IMG/VR virus record: IMGVR_UViG_3300030380_002955
Coordinates: 1-50,100 of that record
Length of the DNA: 50,100 nucleotides
Origin: a virus
Lineage: Duplodnaviria > Caudoviricetes
Direction: 5' to 3' (one strand)
Shown one piece after another: positions 1 through 10,041 of the stretch. A program made the position numbers and the translations under genes. The notes beneath the pieces were generated by a model that was given only the letters and a program-made list of their open reading frames with translations, searched no databases and was not told the origin of the DNA. The stretch's first letter is position 1. Every line of letters starts with the position of its first letter.

Positions 1-25
1 AATACAAAAAAGTCAAAGGAGCTAG
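1..25 (+). CDS. 3' end of an upstream gene (probably head scaffold), truncated by the window
   Basis: Frame ...IQKSQRS-TAG ends at 25 and overlaps the AAGGAG RBS of the next gene; position immediately upstream of the capsid cluster. Confidence 0.35.
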
Positions 26-27
26 AT

Positions 28-516
28 ATGACTGAGAAGAGAAATGTTAGAGCACAAGAAGTAAGAGAAAATGTTCGTGATATAGAGAGTAGACCTCAAG
101 CATCATGGACACCTCCAGCGTTGTTAGATGCACCAGATGCTAGACCTGGTTTCGTACAACGATGGGTAGCTACGTCAATACAGGGAAAGGACACACCTGA
201 TAACGTATACAAACGTATGCGAGAAGGGTGGGAAGCTAGACCTGCGAGTACTGTGAAGAATCAGTTGTTTCCGACTATTAATCACGGGCAATGGGAAGGT
301 TGTATAGGTATAGAAGGTATGCTTCTATGTGAAATGCCAATAGAGAAACATCGGCAGATGAAAAGTTATTATGCAGGCAAAAGCGTAGAACAAAACCAAT
401 CTTTAACTAGCGATCTGACTGCTTTAGAGCAAAAGTCTGGACAAAAAATCTATCAAGAGAGAAAAAGTTCAGTTAGTGGTGGCAGACAAGTTTCTGTCAT
501 GGAAGATCAAACTTAA
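28..516 (+). CDS. Conserved phage head-module protein
   Basis: RBS AAGGAG; W-x-P-P-x-L-L-D-A-P, RW and REGWE motifs typical of the gene preceding decoration/MCP genes in marine podoviruses. Confidence 0.65.
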   Translation: MTEKRNVRAQEVRENVRDIESRPQASWTPPALLDAPDARPGFVQRWVATSIQGKDTPDNVYKRMREGWEARPASTVKNQLFPTINHGQWEGCIGIEGMLLCEMPIEKHRQMKSYYAGKSVEQNQSLTSDLTALEQKSGQKIYQERKSSVSGGRQVSVMEDQT

Positions 517-531
517 CTAGGAGAAGAAAAA

Positions 532-1086
532 ATGGCAAATGTAGACGCCGCTTTCGGGTTAATGCCCGTTCGTCATCTTAGTGGTAATGGTTATTCTAGA
601 GCCAACGTATATACTATAACTTCAGGGTTAGCTGAAAACATCTTCACAGGTGATGTAGTTATTATAACTTCAGATGGAGTTTTAACACCTCATTCAGCTA
701 CAGAGGTAAATAATATAGGCGTATTTGGTGGAGTATCCTACACTGCTACAGATGGATCTTATGTATATTCGCAATACTGGCCGTCAGGAACAGTTGCAAC
801 GAATATAAAAGCATATGTATATGACGATCCATATACAGTGTTTAAAGCTCAATCAGCAGGAGCTCCTGCACAGACTAACATAGGAAACTGTTGTGACCTT
901 GTTGCTGGTGCTGGATCTACTACTACAGGTCAATCTGGTTTTGAATTATCAGGAACTATGGCGGCAGGCACTGCGACTGCTAAGATCATAAGTCTGTTAG
1001 AAACACCAGATAATGCCTTTGGTACAAATGCAATAATGGAAGTACTTATCAATGAGCACTTGCTCAAAGATAGTGCTGGAATATAG
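532..1086 (+). CDS. Capsid decoration/cement-like protein
   Basis: MANVDAAFGLMP start, Gly/Ala/Thr-rich, YDDP motif, directly upstream of MCP. Confidence 0.6.
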   Translation: MANVDAAFGLMPVRHLSGNGYSRANVYTITSGLAENIFTGDVVIITSDGVLTPHSATEVNNIGVFGGVSYTATDGSYVYSQYWPSGTVATNIKAYVYDDPYTVFKAQSAGAPAQTNIGNCCDLVAGAGSTTTGQSGFELSGTMAAGTATAKIISLLETPDNAFGTNAIMEVLINEHLLKDSAGI

Positions 1087-1099
1087 GGAGATTTAAACA

Positions 1100-2002
1100 A
1101 TGGCAATGAATAGAGCACAATTTGCAAAAATGCTTGAGCCTGGTTTAAACACCTTGTTCGGGTTAGAGTATGATAGCTATCCACCAGAGTACACACAAGT
1201 ATTTGAAAGCAATACTTCTCAAAAAGCATTTGAGGAAGATGTATTGTTGACAGGCTTTGGTGCGGCTCCAACAAAAGATGAGGGTGCTGGAGTCAGTTAT
1301 GATTCTGCTTCTCAACAATGGACTGCTAGATATCAACATGAAACAGTAGCGTTGGCTTTCTCTGTTACAGAAGAAGCTGAAGAAGATGGACTTTATGGTT
1401 CACTAGCTTCAAGATATACAAAAGCGTTAGCGAGATCTATGGCAACAACCAAAGAAATCAAAGCCGCAACTATCTTAAACCAAGCTACTACAACTGCAGG
1501 TGGAGATGGAGTATCATTATTGAATACTGCACATCCAACTCAAAATGGCAACCAAAGTAATACTTTGGCTACTGCGGCAGATTTATCTGAAACTTCATTA
1601 GAAAGTATCTTGATAAATATTGCTGATATGAAAGATGATCGTGGTCTTAGGATCGCCGCACAAGGAACAATGTTAATTATTCCTACTGCTTATACTTTCG
1701 TAGCTGAGAGATTACTTGAAAGTCAATTAAGAACTGGAACTGCAGATAACGACTTAAATGCTATCAAGTCAGGTGGTTACCTACCTCAAGGATACCATGT
1801 AATGAGACGTTTAACAGATTCTGATCAGTTCTTTATCAAGACAGATGTACCAGATGGTCTTAAAATGTTCCAAAGAAGTCCTATGAAAAAAGGCATGGAA
1901 GGTGAATTTGAGACTGGAAATGTACGCTATAAAGTAAGAGAAAGATATTCTTTTGGTTTTACTGATTGGCGTGGAATTTTCGGAACAGAAGGTGCCGCAT
2001 AA
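1100..2002 (+). CDS. Major capsid protein (Mu gpT-like, HK97 fold)
   Basis: LEPGLN..FG, TEEA.ED..Y, LIIP, T.N.RYK.RERYSFG..DWRG motifs; strong RBS GGGAG. Confidence 0.9.
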   Translation: MAMNRAQFAKMLEPGLNTLFGLEYDSYPPEYTQVFESNTSQKAFEEDVLLTGFGAAPTKDEGAGVSYDSASQQWTARYQHETVALAFSVTEEAEEDGLYGSLASRYTKALARSMATTKEIKAATILNQATTTAGGDGVSLLNTAHPTQNGNQSNTLATAADLSETSLESILINIADMKDDRGLRIAAQGTMLIIPTAYTFVAERLLESQLRTGTADNDLNAIKSGGYLPQGYHVMRRLTDSDQFFIKTDVPDGLKMFQRSPMKKGMEGEFETGNVRYKVRERYSFGFTDWRGIFGTEGAA

Positions 2003-2014
2003 GAAACTAAGATG

Positions 2015-2036
2015 GGAGAGGGGGTAACTCCTCTCC
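2015..2036 (+). terminator. GNRA-capped hairpin after MCP (terminator or processing/stability element)
   Basis: GGAGAGGGG-GTAA-CTCCTCTCC, 9-bp stem with one G-U pair; no U-tract. Confidence 0.5.
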
Positions 2037-2046
2037 TAAACATAAC

Positions 2047-2084
2047 CCTTGACTGCGAAAGCAGACATTTGCCAAGACAAGGAG
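2047..2084 (+). ncRNA. Structured RNA element downstream of MCP (resembles the Mu-gpT-DE motif)
   Basis: CCTTG...CAAGG outer stem covering the RBS, inner CTGC-GAAA-GCAG hairpin; lies directly downstream of a Mu gpT-like gene. Confidence 0.5.
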
Positions 2085-2090
2085 ATTGAC

Positions 2091-2561
2091 ATGGCTAAAT
2101 CAACTTTTTCAGGACCCGTAGTATCCAATAATGGTTTTATATCTGCTGGTTCTAATAACATAAAAAACATTACTGCAGAAACAACTTTAACATTTAATGA
2201 TCATGCTGGTCGTATTATAGAAGTCAATGATGCAGATGGTGCAATAACATTACCTTCTATCGTATCTGCAGAATTAGGTGCAAAATATACATTCTTTATA
2301 GGCACAGATGCAACAGACTTAGATATCAAAACTGATGGAACTGACAAATATGTTGGATCAGTCATGGTTGCAGTCACAGATGGATCAAAAAAATCCTTTA
2401 TTCCAGGAGCTACAAATGATGTAATATCATTAAATGGTGGCACACAAGGTGGTGACAAAAATTCATATGTTGAGATTACTGCACTTGCAACTGCTGAATA
2501 TCTAGTGCAAGGCGTATTGATTGGTTCTGGAACAGTAGCGACACCTTTTGCTGATAGTTAA
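2091..2561 (+). CDS. Virion structural protein (head fibre/decoration-like)
   Basis: Likely start ATG 2091 after AAGGAG (track start 2049 is TTG); MAKSTFSGPV N-terminus, ATPFAD C-terminus. Confidence 0.65.
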   Translation: MAKSTFSGPVVSNNGFISAGSNNIKNITAETTLTFNDHAGRIIEVNDADGAITLPSIVSAELGAKYTFFIGTDATDLDIKTDGTDKYVGSVMVAVTDGSKKSFIPGATNDVISLNGGTQGGDKNSYVEITALATAEYLVQGVLIGSGTVATPFADS

Positions 2562-2573
2562 TAGGAGGTACTA

Positions 2574-2984
2574 ATGGCTGATATAACATCAAGCACTATA
2601 CTTTCTGAAAATACTCGTCAAATCGTTATGGCATTTCAATATCAGTATGTAGATACTGGAGATGAATCTGCAGTTAAAAAGGTAGATGTTTCAACATTAC
2701 AATCAAACGCCAATGGCAGTCCATGTACTGGAGTTAAAATTACAAAGTGTACTTGGGTTGTTAAAGGCATGACTGTAAGAGTTTTAGCAGATGCTGATTC
2801 TGATATTATTATGCTGAATCTTGATGAGGGTCAAAGTGGTGAGGTAGACTACACAGATGTTGGTGGTTTACCTAACACAAAGCAGACTGGCACAAGTCCA
2901 AGTGGTGATATAATGTTTACCACAACTGGTGCAGGAAGTGGTGATTCGTATCAAATTGTTTTAACAATGACTAAGAAATATTAG
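2574..2984 (+). CDS. Virion structural protein
   Basis: RBS AGGAGG; beta-rich composition; within head-tail cluster. Confidence 0.55.
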   Translation: MADITSSTILSENTRQIVMAFQYQYVDTGDESAVKKVDVSTLQSNANGSPCTGVKITKCTWVVKGMTVRVLADADSDIIMLNLDEGQSGEVDYTDVGGLPNTKQTGTSPSGDIMFTTTGAGSGDSYQIVLTMTKKY

Positions 2985-2992
2985 AGTGAAAT

Positions 2993-3691
2993 ATGGCAAC
3001 ATCAAACACAGTTGCATTTAGACCTAATATAGAAGAAATAATAACTGAGGCTTATGAAAGATGTGGTCTTGATATTCAGACAAGAACTGGAGATCAAGCC
3101 ATATCTGCAAGGCGTAGCCTCAACTTATTATTCTCAGAATGGGCAAATCGTGGCATAAATTATTGGGCAGTAACTCAAAATACTTTGAATTTAGCTCAAG
3201 GTACAAGTTCTTATGATCTACCCGCAGGTATTTTAGACTTTCTAGATGTTGTAATCTACAATTCAGCAGATGCTACTAGAACAGATACAATACTTAACAG
3301 AGTTACAATATCTGAATATAATCAAATACCAAACAAATCAAATACTGGAAAACCAAATCAATATATGTTGGACAAAGGTAGGCAAACTGGATCTAACAAT
3401 ATTTACAAAATATATGTTTGGCAAACACCAGATATTGGTACTTACAGATTAAATTATTGGGCAATGACACAATTAGACGATGTAACGCTATCTAATCAAG
3501 ATGCAGACATACCTTATACATGGTCAGAGTGCATATGTGCTGGACTTGCAAGTAAGTTATCAGTCAAGTTTGCACCTGATAAGTTTCCATTATTAAGTGG
3601 ATTGTATAAAGAGGCTTTTGAATATGCATCATCTAACGATAATGATGGCGTTTCTCTTAAATTACAACCTACAGGACTCAACCTAAGATAA
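2993..3691 (+). CDS. Head-tail adaptor / tail tubular protein A-like
   Basis: EAYERCG, ARRSLNLL..EWANRG.N.W, GKP.QY motifs. Confidence 0.7.
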   Translation: MATSNTVAFRPNIEEIITEAYERCGLDIQTRTGDQAISARRSLNLLFSEWANRGINYWAVTQNTLNLAQGTSSYDLPAGILDFLDVVIYNSADATRTDTILNRVTISEYNQIPNKSNTGKPNQYMLDKGRQTGSNNIYKIYVWQTPDIGTYRLNYWAMTQLDDVTLSNQDADIPYTWSECICAGLASKLSVKFAPDKFPLLSGLYKEAFEYASSNDNDGVSLKLQPTGLNLR

Positions 3692-4875
3692 TGGCTAACT
3701 TTGCTTCAGGAAAAAAATCTAAAGCCATAAGCGACATAAGTGGAGCAAAGATACCTTATACCCAATTGAAAACTACTTGGGATAATTTAAGAGTAGAGCC
3801 TTCAGAGTACGATCCAAAGCACCCACAACTAACTCCAGCTACAAATGTAGTAGATGCAACTGCTTTACGAAACCCAAGACCAGATAATGATCCAGAAAAT
3901 GTAGTTATAAATTTTGCCTTTACGAGCAACATATTTTTATCAAGGGTTGAGAGATCTCAAATAGGCACACACATAAATGCACTTACAAGCGTTGGAACTG
4001 TGTCATTATTTGTAGAAGAAGAGCAAACAGGAGTACAAGGTACAAGTGCAGTAGGATCGGCAGCCGCGGGTCTTGGTGTTGATGGAGTTCAAGCCACTGG
4101 AGCTATTGGAACTGTAGTTGCAGAAGATCAAGTAGATGTAAGTCCAAGTGGAACTGTAGGCACAACTGCGATTGGTGATTATCAAACTGGTGCAGTTACC
4201 ACTGGTGTTCAAGCAACGGGTGCGACTGGCACTGAAACAATTGAACATGATAGAATATTTGATCTACCAAATGGTGGAGTAGATGGAACTGGGGCAATTG
4301 GCACTTCAGCACCACAGTCAGATGTAATCTCTAGTGGTGTAGTGGGAACTACTGCTACAGGAGCAGAGGTTGGTCAATCTAATGTGATTGCAACTGGAGT
4401 TGCTGGAACTGGTGCTATAGGTACTTTTGGCGAAGAAGGAAATGGCACACTCAATCTTACCATCACGCCAACAAGTGCAGTAGGTACTGCAAACACAGGT
4501 ACAGAAATTGCTGAATCTGTTATACCAGAATCAAATACTAATGGTTGGGGTGAAAATCCATTTGGATATGCTGAATGGGGTGGAGATGGTGAGGTTAAGG
4601 CAACTGGTGGTGTAGGTGAAAGTAGCATAGACATATTTAACGGGCCAAATCCAGTAGATGCAGTACAAGGAACAACTGCAATAGGAACTTATGTTCCAGA
4701 AAATGAATTAACAGAAAGTGGAGTTGCAGGAACTGGTGGAATTGGTACAGTAAGTCTAGATACAGATGTTCCAACCACTGGAGTTGCTGGAACTACTGCA
4801 GTAGGAACTGAAAGTGTGGCGATCAATCCTGGGTTTGGTGAAGGAGCATGGAATGATGGAACATGGGGTAATTAA
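3691..4875 (+). CDS. Structural protein with Gly/Thr/Val repeats (fibre-like)
   Basis: N-terminal ISD.SG...EYDPKHPQL..PRPD module; many GVxGTxAIG-like repeats; Trp-Gly motifs near the C-terminus. Confidence 0.6.
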   Translation: MANFASGKKSKAISDISGAKIPYTQLKTTWDNLRVEPSEYDPKHPQLTPATNVVDATALRNPRPDNDPENVVINFAFTSNIFLSRVERSQIGTHINALTSVGTVSLFVEEEQTGVQGTSAVGSAAAGLGVDGVQATGAIGTVVAEDQVDVSPSGTVGTTAIGDYQTGAVTTGVQATGATGTETIEHDRIFDLPNGGVDGTGAIGTSAPQSDVISSGVVGTTATGAEVGQSNVIATGVAGTGAIGTFGEEGNGTLNLTITPTSAVGTANTGTEIAESVIPESNTNGWGENPFGYAEWGGDGEVKATGGVGESSIDIFNGPNPVDAVQGTTAIGTYVPENELTESGVAGTGGIGTVSLDTDVPTTGVAGTTAVGTESVAINPGFGEGAWNDGTWGN

Positions 4876-5502
4876 ATGAATTATACAAGTTTAGTAACAA
4901 ATATTAAAAATTATTTAGAAGATGATGGAACAGAATTTGAAACATCAATACCTACAATAATAACACAAGCTGAAAGTATGATATTTGGAAGATTGCCTAA
5001 TTTACCTTGTTATAGAAAAAAACTTTCTGGAAATTTAGTTATAGGTACAAAAGAGTATTCTGTAAGTGGTGCGAGAATGATTAGACAAGTTGCAGTCACT
5101 CAAGCAAATAGTGATGTAATTTACTTAAAACATAGAGTAGATAGCTATCTTAGAGATTTTACACCAAATGCAAGTACATCTGGAGTTCCATTTATGTATG
5201 CGACAAGTGAAGCAGATACATCTGGAATCAAAATTTTATTAGCACCTTCACCAAGTGCTACTTTAGCATATGAAGTAGACTTTATAGGTCTAGAAACGGG
5301 ATTGTCTCCTAGTAACCTCACTAGTTGGATAGGAGATAATGCAGAGCAAGTTTTGCTAACTGCTTGTTTGTTGGAAAGTTCCTCTTTTCTTAAAGCTCAG
5401 GATAGTGTAAACTTGTATAAGGCTCAATTTGATGAGGCAATAGCATTGTTTCAGCAAGAGATGCAACGTAATTATCAAGCAGAATACGAAGGAGGTATTT
5501 AA
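4876..5502 (+). CDS. Adaptor/tail-associated structural protein
   Basis: MNYTSL...I.QAE..I, G.P..YA, LAPSP, W....A..LL..CL.E pattern. Confidence 0.6.
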   Translation: MNYTSLVTNIKNYLEDDGTEFETSIPTIITQAESMIFGRLPNLPCYRKKLSGNLVIGTKEYSVSGARMIRQVAVTQANSDVIYLKHRVDSYLRDFTPNASTSGVPFMYATSEADTSGIKILLAPSPSATLAYEVDFIGLETGLSPSNLTSWIGDNAEQVLLTACLLESSSFLKAQDSVNLYKAQFDEAIALFQQEMQRNYQAEYEGGI

Positions 5503-5504
5503 CA

Positions 5505-5924
5505 ATGGCGATAACACAAGCAATGTGTACATCATTTAAAGCAGAAATTTTAGATGAGGTTCACGATTTAGCGGCAGATACATTAAAGATAGCTCTTTAT
5601 ACAAGTTCTGCATCATTAGACGCTTCAACGACTGCATATACAACCTCAAATGAGGTAGCTAGTGGTAATGGTTACACAACTGGTGGTGAAGCATTAACAA
5701 GTAAAACTGTATCAACAAGTGGTACAACTGCATTCTTTGATGCCGCTGATCCTACATGGACAAGTGCATCATTTACTGCTAGAGGTGCATTGATATATAA
5801 TAACTCTGCAAGTGACAAAGCAATAGCAGTATTGAACTTTGGTGGAGACTTTACAGTTTCATCTGGTACATTTAGAATTGTTTTTCCTGCAGCGGGTGCA
5901 AATGCTATCATAACTATAGCTTAA
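5505..5924 (+). CDS. Tail structural protein
   Basis: MAITQAMCTSFK, K.ALYTS, GYT.GG, ARGALIYN, L.FG motifs. Confidence 0.65.
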   Translation: MAITQAMCTSFKAEILDEVHDLAADTLKIALYTSSASLDASTTAYTTSNEVASGNGYTTGGEALTSKTVSTSGTTAFFDAADPTWTSASFTARGALIYNNSASDKAIAVLNFGGDFTVSSGTFRIVFPAAGANAIITIA

Positions 5925-5936
5925 AGGAGTAAGTAA

Positions 5937-7445
5937 ATGGCTAGTAGCTACGTCAATAATCTTAGATTAAACGAAATGGCAACTGGTGATGCCAGTGGTA
6001 CATGGGGAACAACAACAAATACTAATCTGGAACTGATTGGTGAAGCTCTTGGTTTTGGCACAGAAGCTATAACAACAAATGCTGATACTCATGACACAAC
6101 AGTTGCTGATGGTGCAAGTGATGCTGGTAGAGCTATGTATCTTAGATACACTGGTACACTAGATAGTGCTTGTACAATTACAATTGCACCAAATACTATG
6201 AAACGTATGCAATTTATAGAAAATGCTACTAGTGGATCACAAAACATAATAATAAGTCAAGGTCTTGGTGCAAACATAACTATACCACCTGGAGATACTA
6301 AAGCAGTATACTTAGATGGTGCTGGCAGCGGAGCGGCAGTTGTAGATGCTTTTGCTTCTCTAAATGTAGTAGATTTAAAAGTACAAGATGATTTAACAGT
6401 TACAGATGATTTAATTGTAAATGGTGATATTGACCTTGAAGGTAACATGGATATCAATGGTACTTTAGAAACAGATGCTATTTCAATAGATGGTACAAGT
6501 GTTACTGCAACTGGTGCAGAATTAAATTACAGTGATACTGGTCAATCAGTTGGTGTTGTTGTTGCAAGTAAAGTTGTAACTGCAGATGCTAACAAAGATG
6601 TGGCATCATTTAGAAATATAACATTAACTGGAGAACTTGATGCAGGTTCATTAGATGTTTCTGGAGATGCAGATATAGATGGAACATTAGAAGCAGATGC
6701 AATTACCTTAGGTGGTACTGCTCTAGCTTCATTATTTAGTCCATTAGCTGGTGGCAGTGACATTGTTACAACTGGAGCATTAAATTCTGGTTCAATAACA
6801 TCTGGCTTTGGTGCTATAGATAATGGTTCTTCTGCCATTACAACTACAGGTACTATTACAGGTGGGCAACTTACAGTTGATGACATAACAATAAATGGTT
6901 CTACCATATCTGATAGTGGAGCTTTCACCATAGATGCTGGGGCATCTATTAGTCTTGATGCTGATGGTGGAGAGTTAATATTTAAAGATGGTGGAACTTC
7001 TATTTTAGACATATCTAATAGTTCAAGTAATGCTGTGATTGGTTCAAAAGTTTCAGATAAAGACCTTATCTTCAAAGGGAATGATGGTGGTTCAACTATA
7101 ACTGCTCTTACTCTTGATATGTCTGGAGCAGGAGCGGCAACATTTAATAATGATGTAACTGCCTTTTCTGATAAAAGACTTAAAACAGATATTGAGCCAA
7201 TAACAAATGCTTTGCCAAAAGTTATGCAAATGCAAGGTGTATCATATAAAAGAAATGATATAGAAGATGCAAGAACTCAAGTTGGTGTATTAGCACAAGA
7301 TATGGAAGCTATTTTACCAGAAGTTGTTCTTACGGCAGATGATGAAATGCAAACCAAATCAGTTGATTATGGCAAAATATGTGCAGTATTGATAGAATCA
7401 ATTAAAGAATTAAAAGCAGAAATAGACGAACTTAAAGGGAGATAA
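5937..7445 (+). CDS. Tail fibre with C-terminal intramolecular chaperone (peptidase S74-like)
   Basis: GTWG..TNTN N-terminal anchor; FSDKRLKTDI...GVLAQD...PEVV...VDYG followed by a coiled coil. Confidence 0.85.
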   Translation: MASSYVNNLRLNEMATGDASGTWGTTTNTNLELIGEALGFGTEAITTNADTHDTTVADGASDAGRAMYLRYTGTLDSACTITIAPNTMKRMQFIENATSGSQNIIISQGLGANITIPPGDTKAVYLDGAGSGAAVVDAFASLNVVDLKVQDDLTVTDDLIVNGDIDLEGNMDINGTLETDAISIDGTSVTATGAELNYSDTGQSVGVVVASKVVTADANKDVASFRNITLTGELDAGSLDVSGDADIDGTLEADAITLGGTALASLFSPLAGGSDIVTTGALNSGSITSGFGAIDNGSSAITTTGTITGGQLTVDDITINGSTISDSGAFTIDAGASISLDADGGELIFKDGGTSILDISNSSSNAVIGSKVSDKDLIFKGNDGGSTITALTLDMSGAGAATFNNDVTAFSDKRLKTDIEPITNALPKVMQMQGVSYKRNDIEDARTQVGVLAQDMEAILPEVVLTADDEMQTKSVDYGKICAVLIESIKELKAEIDELKGR

Positions 7446-7448
7446 TAA

Positions 7449-8273
7449 ATGGCTCTACCATCAGTTGGCTCAGCAATAAGTTTATCTCAAATTCAATCAG
7501 AGTTTGGTGGTTCTAACCCTATATCTCTTTCAGAATACTATGGAAAAGGTAACGCTCCAGGTTCTGGTGCAATTACAATGTCAGCAGATTTTGGTGGTAC
7601 TAGCAATGCTCCACCAGACCCTCAAACATTTAGTGGTGCTGGTACAAGTAACATAACTATTGCAGATAATGTTCAAGCTATTGGTGTTCAACTTGTTGGT
7701 GCTGGTGGTGGAGGTGCTGGTGCTGGTGGAATGTTTAACTTTAATGGTGGTGGTGGTGGAGCTGGTGGTAACGTCATTGCTTACCATAATGTTAGTGCTG
7801 GACAAACTGTAAGTGCAATTCGTGGTTCAGGTGGTGCTGGTGTAGGAATGTTTACTGGTGGTCCGAATGTTGGTAAACCTGGTAATGCAGGTCAAAGTAC
7901 TCGTGTTACACTTGCTGGGTCAACTATAGCTACTGGTAATGGTGGTAGTGGAGGTACGGCTCCAACAACTGGTGGTTCAGGTGGAGGCACAAGCACAGGT
8001 GGAAGTGTTTATAATGTGACTGCAAACACTGGTAATTCTGGTGGAAATGGAATGGGTTCAGGTTCGCTATCAGGTGGTGCAGGTGGTTCATCGCCAGTAG
8101 GCTCGGGTGGAGCTAATCCTAACAATTCACCTGGTGGTGCAGGTGGCATTGGAGCAGGTGGAGGTGGAGCAGGTTCTAACATGGGCATAAGAAGTGGTGG
8201 TAATGGTGGTGCAGGATATGTCAAGGTTACTTTTTACACTTCACAAAATCCCCCACCAGACCTTAGTTTTTAG
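7449..8273 (+). CDS. Glycine-rich tail-fibre tip/adhesin-like protein
   Basis: ISLS.IQ.EFGG.NPISLSEYY N-terminus; polyglycine motifs GAGGGG. Confidence 0.7.
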   Translation: MALPSVGSAISLSQIQSEFGGSNPISLSEYYGKGNAPGSGAITMSADFGGTSNAPPDPQTFSGAGTSNITIADNVQAIGVQLVGAGGGGAGAGGMFNFNGGGGGAGGNVIAYHNVSAGQTVSAIRGSGGAGVGMFTGGPNVGKPGNAGQSTRVTLAGSTIATGNGGSGGTAPTTGGSGGGTSTGGSVYNVTANTGNSGGNGMGSGSLSGGAGGSSPVGSGGANPNNSPGGAGGIGAGGGGAGSNMGIRSGGNGGAGYVKVTFYTSQNPPPDLSF

Positions 8274-8297
8274 ATAAAATTATAGGAGTTTTAAAAA

Positions 8298-8591
8298 ATG
8301 CCAACTTATGTTTACCCAACAGATAGTGAAAATTTGTTGATTAATGATGCTAATTTTAGACAAAATGCATATAATGATATGCAAGATTTTGCATCAAAGA
8401 TTCAAGAAATAATAAGTGGTAATGTTGTAACTATGTCTCAAGAAGAACTTGACACAATGTCAGATGATTATAAACGAGACGTTGTCAGCCATAATACGGC
8501 TTTTTTAGAGACTTTGGTTGCCTATGATGTTTGGACAACTGAAGATATGACGACAGTTAATAATGCAATCACAAATGGCAATGCTTATTAG
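8298..8591 (+). CDS. Hypothetical protein (tail-fibre associated)
   Basis: RBS AGGAG; acidic; follows fibre genes. Confidence 0.5.
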   Translation: MPTYVYPTDSENLLINDANFRQNAYNDMQDFASKIQEIISGNVVTMSQEELDTMSDDYKRDVVSHNTAFLETLVAYDVWTTEDMTTVNNAITNGNAY

Positions 8592-8671
8592 ATAAATCCT
8601 TAATATTTGTAAAAGAACCTTTTATATGTTAGATTTTAAAAAAGTCATTATGTTTAAAAGGGGAAAAAACA

Positions 8672-9415
8672 ATGAATGATTTAACTAACAATATTAGACT
8701 TAAGTCTTCTGCAAATCCTAATCTTATTCAATCTACATCTTCTGCAAATAGAACTATAGAAACACCACGACAGAAATGGAAAGTAAAAGTTATGAAAGAT
8801 GGCAAAACACCTTTTGTACTCTTTGATAAGTGGTATACACCTAATGAAGAAAAAAATATTTGGAAAGAATTAGATTGGTATTCATCTCAAGATAATATTG
8901 AAAGAGCAGAAAATACTTATGTTGCAACATATGATGATGGCACACCAAAATCCAAAGCATCTCGTTTTCACATTCAAGAGTTTTTTACACAAAAAGGACT
9001 ACAAAGAAGTCATGTTTTTAATTATATGTATAAACAAAGAACACCAGAATTCCATGATATTGTAGGACAAATAAAACCTTTTTGTAATAGCTTTTTTTCT
9101 ACAAATTCAGATAGTACATTGATTCATTATTATGAAGATAGTGAATATTATGATGCACACTACGATAATTATGCATGGACTATGCTTATATGGTTTGTAA
9201 AAGAACCAAGACTATTTAATGGTGGTGATTTTGAATTTACTGACTCTAAACTGAAAGTAAAACTAAAACACAATAGAGCAATATTTTTTCCTTCTATGTT
9301 TGAACATAGAGTAACCCGAATTAAGATGAAAACAGAACCAAAAGAAGTTGGCTATGGTAGGTATTCAATAACACATTTTTATATTTCTGTGCCTTCTGGA
9401 AATATTAGAGATTAA
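8672..9415 (+). CDS. 2OG-Fe(II) oxygenase
   Basis: Y.AHYD, GGDF.F, FFPS...H.V and R.S motifs. Confidence 0.85.
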   Translation: MNDLTNNIRLKSSANPNLIQSTSSANRTIETPRQKWKVKVMKDGKTPFVLFDKWYTPNEEKNIWKELDWYSSQDNIERAENTYVATYDDGTPKSKASRFHIQEFFTQKGLQRSHVFNYMYKQRTPEFHDIVGQIKPFCNSFFSTNSDSTLIHYYEDSEYYDAHYDNYAWTMLIWFVKEPRLFNGGDFEFTDSKLKVKLKHNRAIFFPSMFEHRVTRIKMKTEPKEVGYGRYSITHFYISVPSGNIRD

Positions 9416-9418
9416 AAA

Positions 9419-10027
9419 ATGCAGATAGCTGAACAAAATATACGAACTGTGCCAAATGCAGAACATATGTTCTGGGTTTTTAAAAATGTCCTTAATAAAG
9501 AAACGTGTCAACGTATAATAGATTTAGGTAAAGAGAAATGGATAAAAGGTAGAATAGTAAAGAAAGAGGACAGTGCAGGAACTGTAGCCACAGAAATAAG
9601 AAGTTCAGATGTGGCTTGGTCTGATGATGATTGGCTTTACGACATTTGTTGGGATTTTCTTAATACTGCAAATGTAAATTCAAATTGGAATTTTCAAATA
9701 AGTGCTTGTGAAGCTATGCAGATAACTAGATATAGAAAGAATGGGTTTTACGACTTTCATCAAGATGGTAATGGATTTACTAGACTTAATATACCAGAAG
9801 ATGAACTTATACATGGAACAACAAGAAAGTTATCTATGACCATTATACTTAATGAAAATTATGAAGGAGGTGAGTTTGAATTTTTTGACCACGATAATAA
9901 TTTAATTAAAGAAAAAATGGGTACTGTTATTGTATTTCCTTCTTATATGTTACATAGAGTTAGATCAGTAACAAAAGGAATTAGATATTCATTAGTTGCT
10001 TGGTTTTCAGGCGAACCATTTAAATAA
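9419..10027 (+). CDS. 2OG-Fe(II) oxygenase (prolyl-4-hydroxylase/PKHD-like)
   Basis: Y.FHQD, RKLS, YEGGEF, VFPS..LHRV..VTKG.RYSLV.W. Confidence 0.9.
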   Translation: MQIAEQNIRTVPNAEHMFWVFKNVLNKETCQRIIDLGKEKWIKGRIVKKEDSAGTVATEIRSSDVAWSDDDWLYDICWDFLNTANVNSNWNFQISACEAMQITRYRKNGFYDFHQDGNGFTRLNIPEDELIHGTTRKLSMTIILNENYEGGEFEFFDHDNNLIKEKMGTVIVFPSYMLHRVRSVTKGIRYSLVAWFSGEPFK

Positions 10028-10041
10028 GAGAGATTATATTA

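Noticed and set aside
5937-8273. Diversity-generating retroelement at the tail fibres
   Set aside because: No reverse transcriptase and no template/variable repeat pair seen
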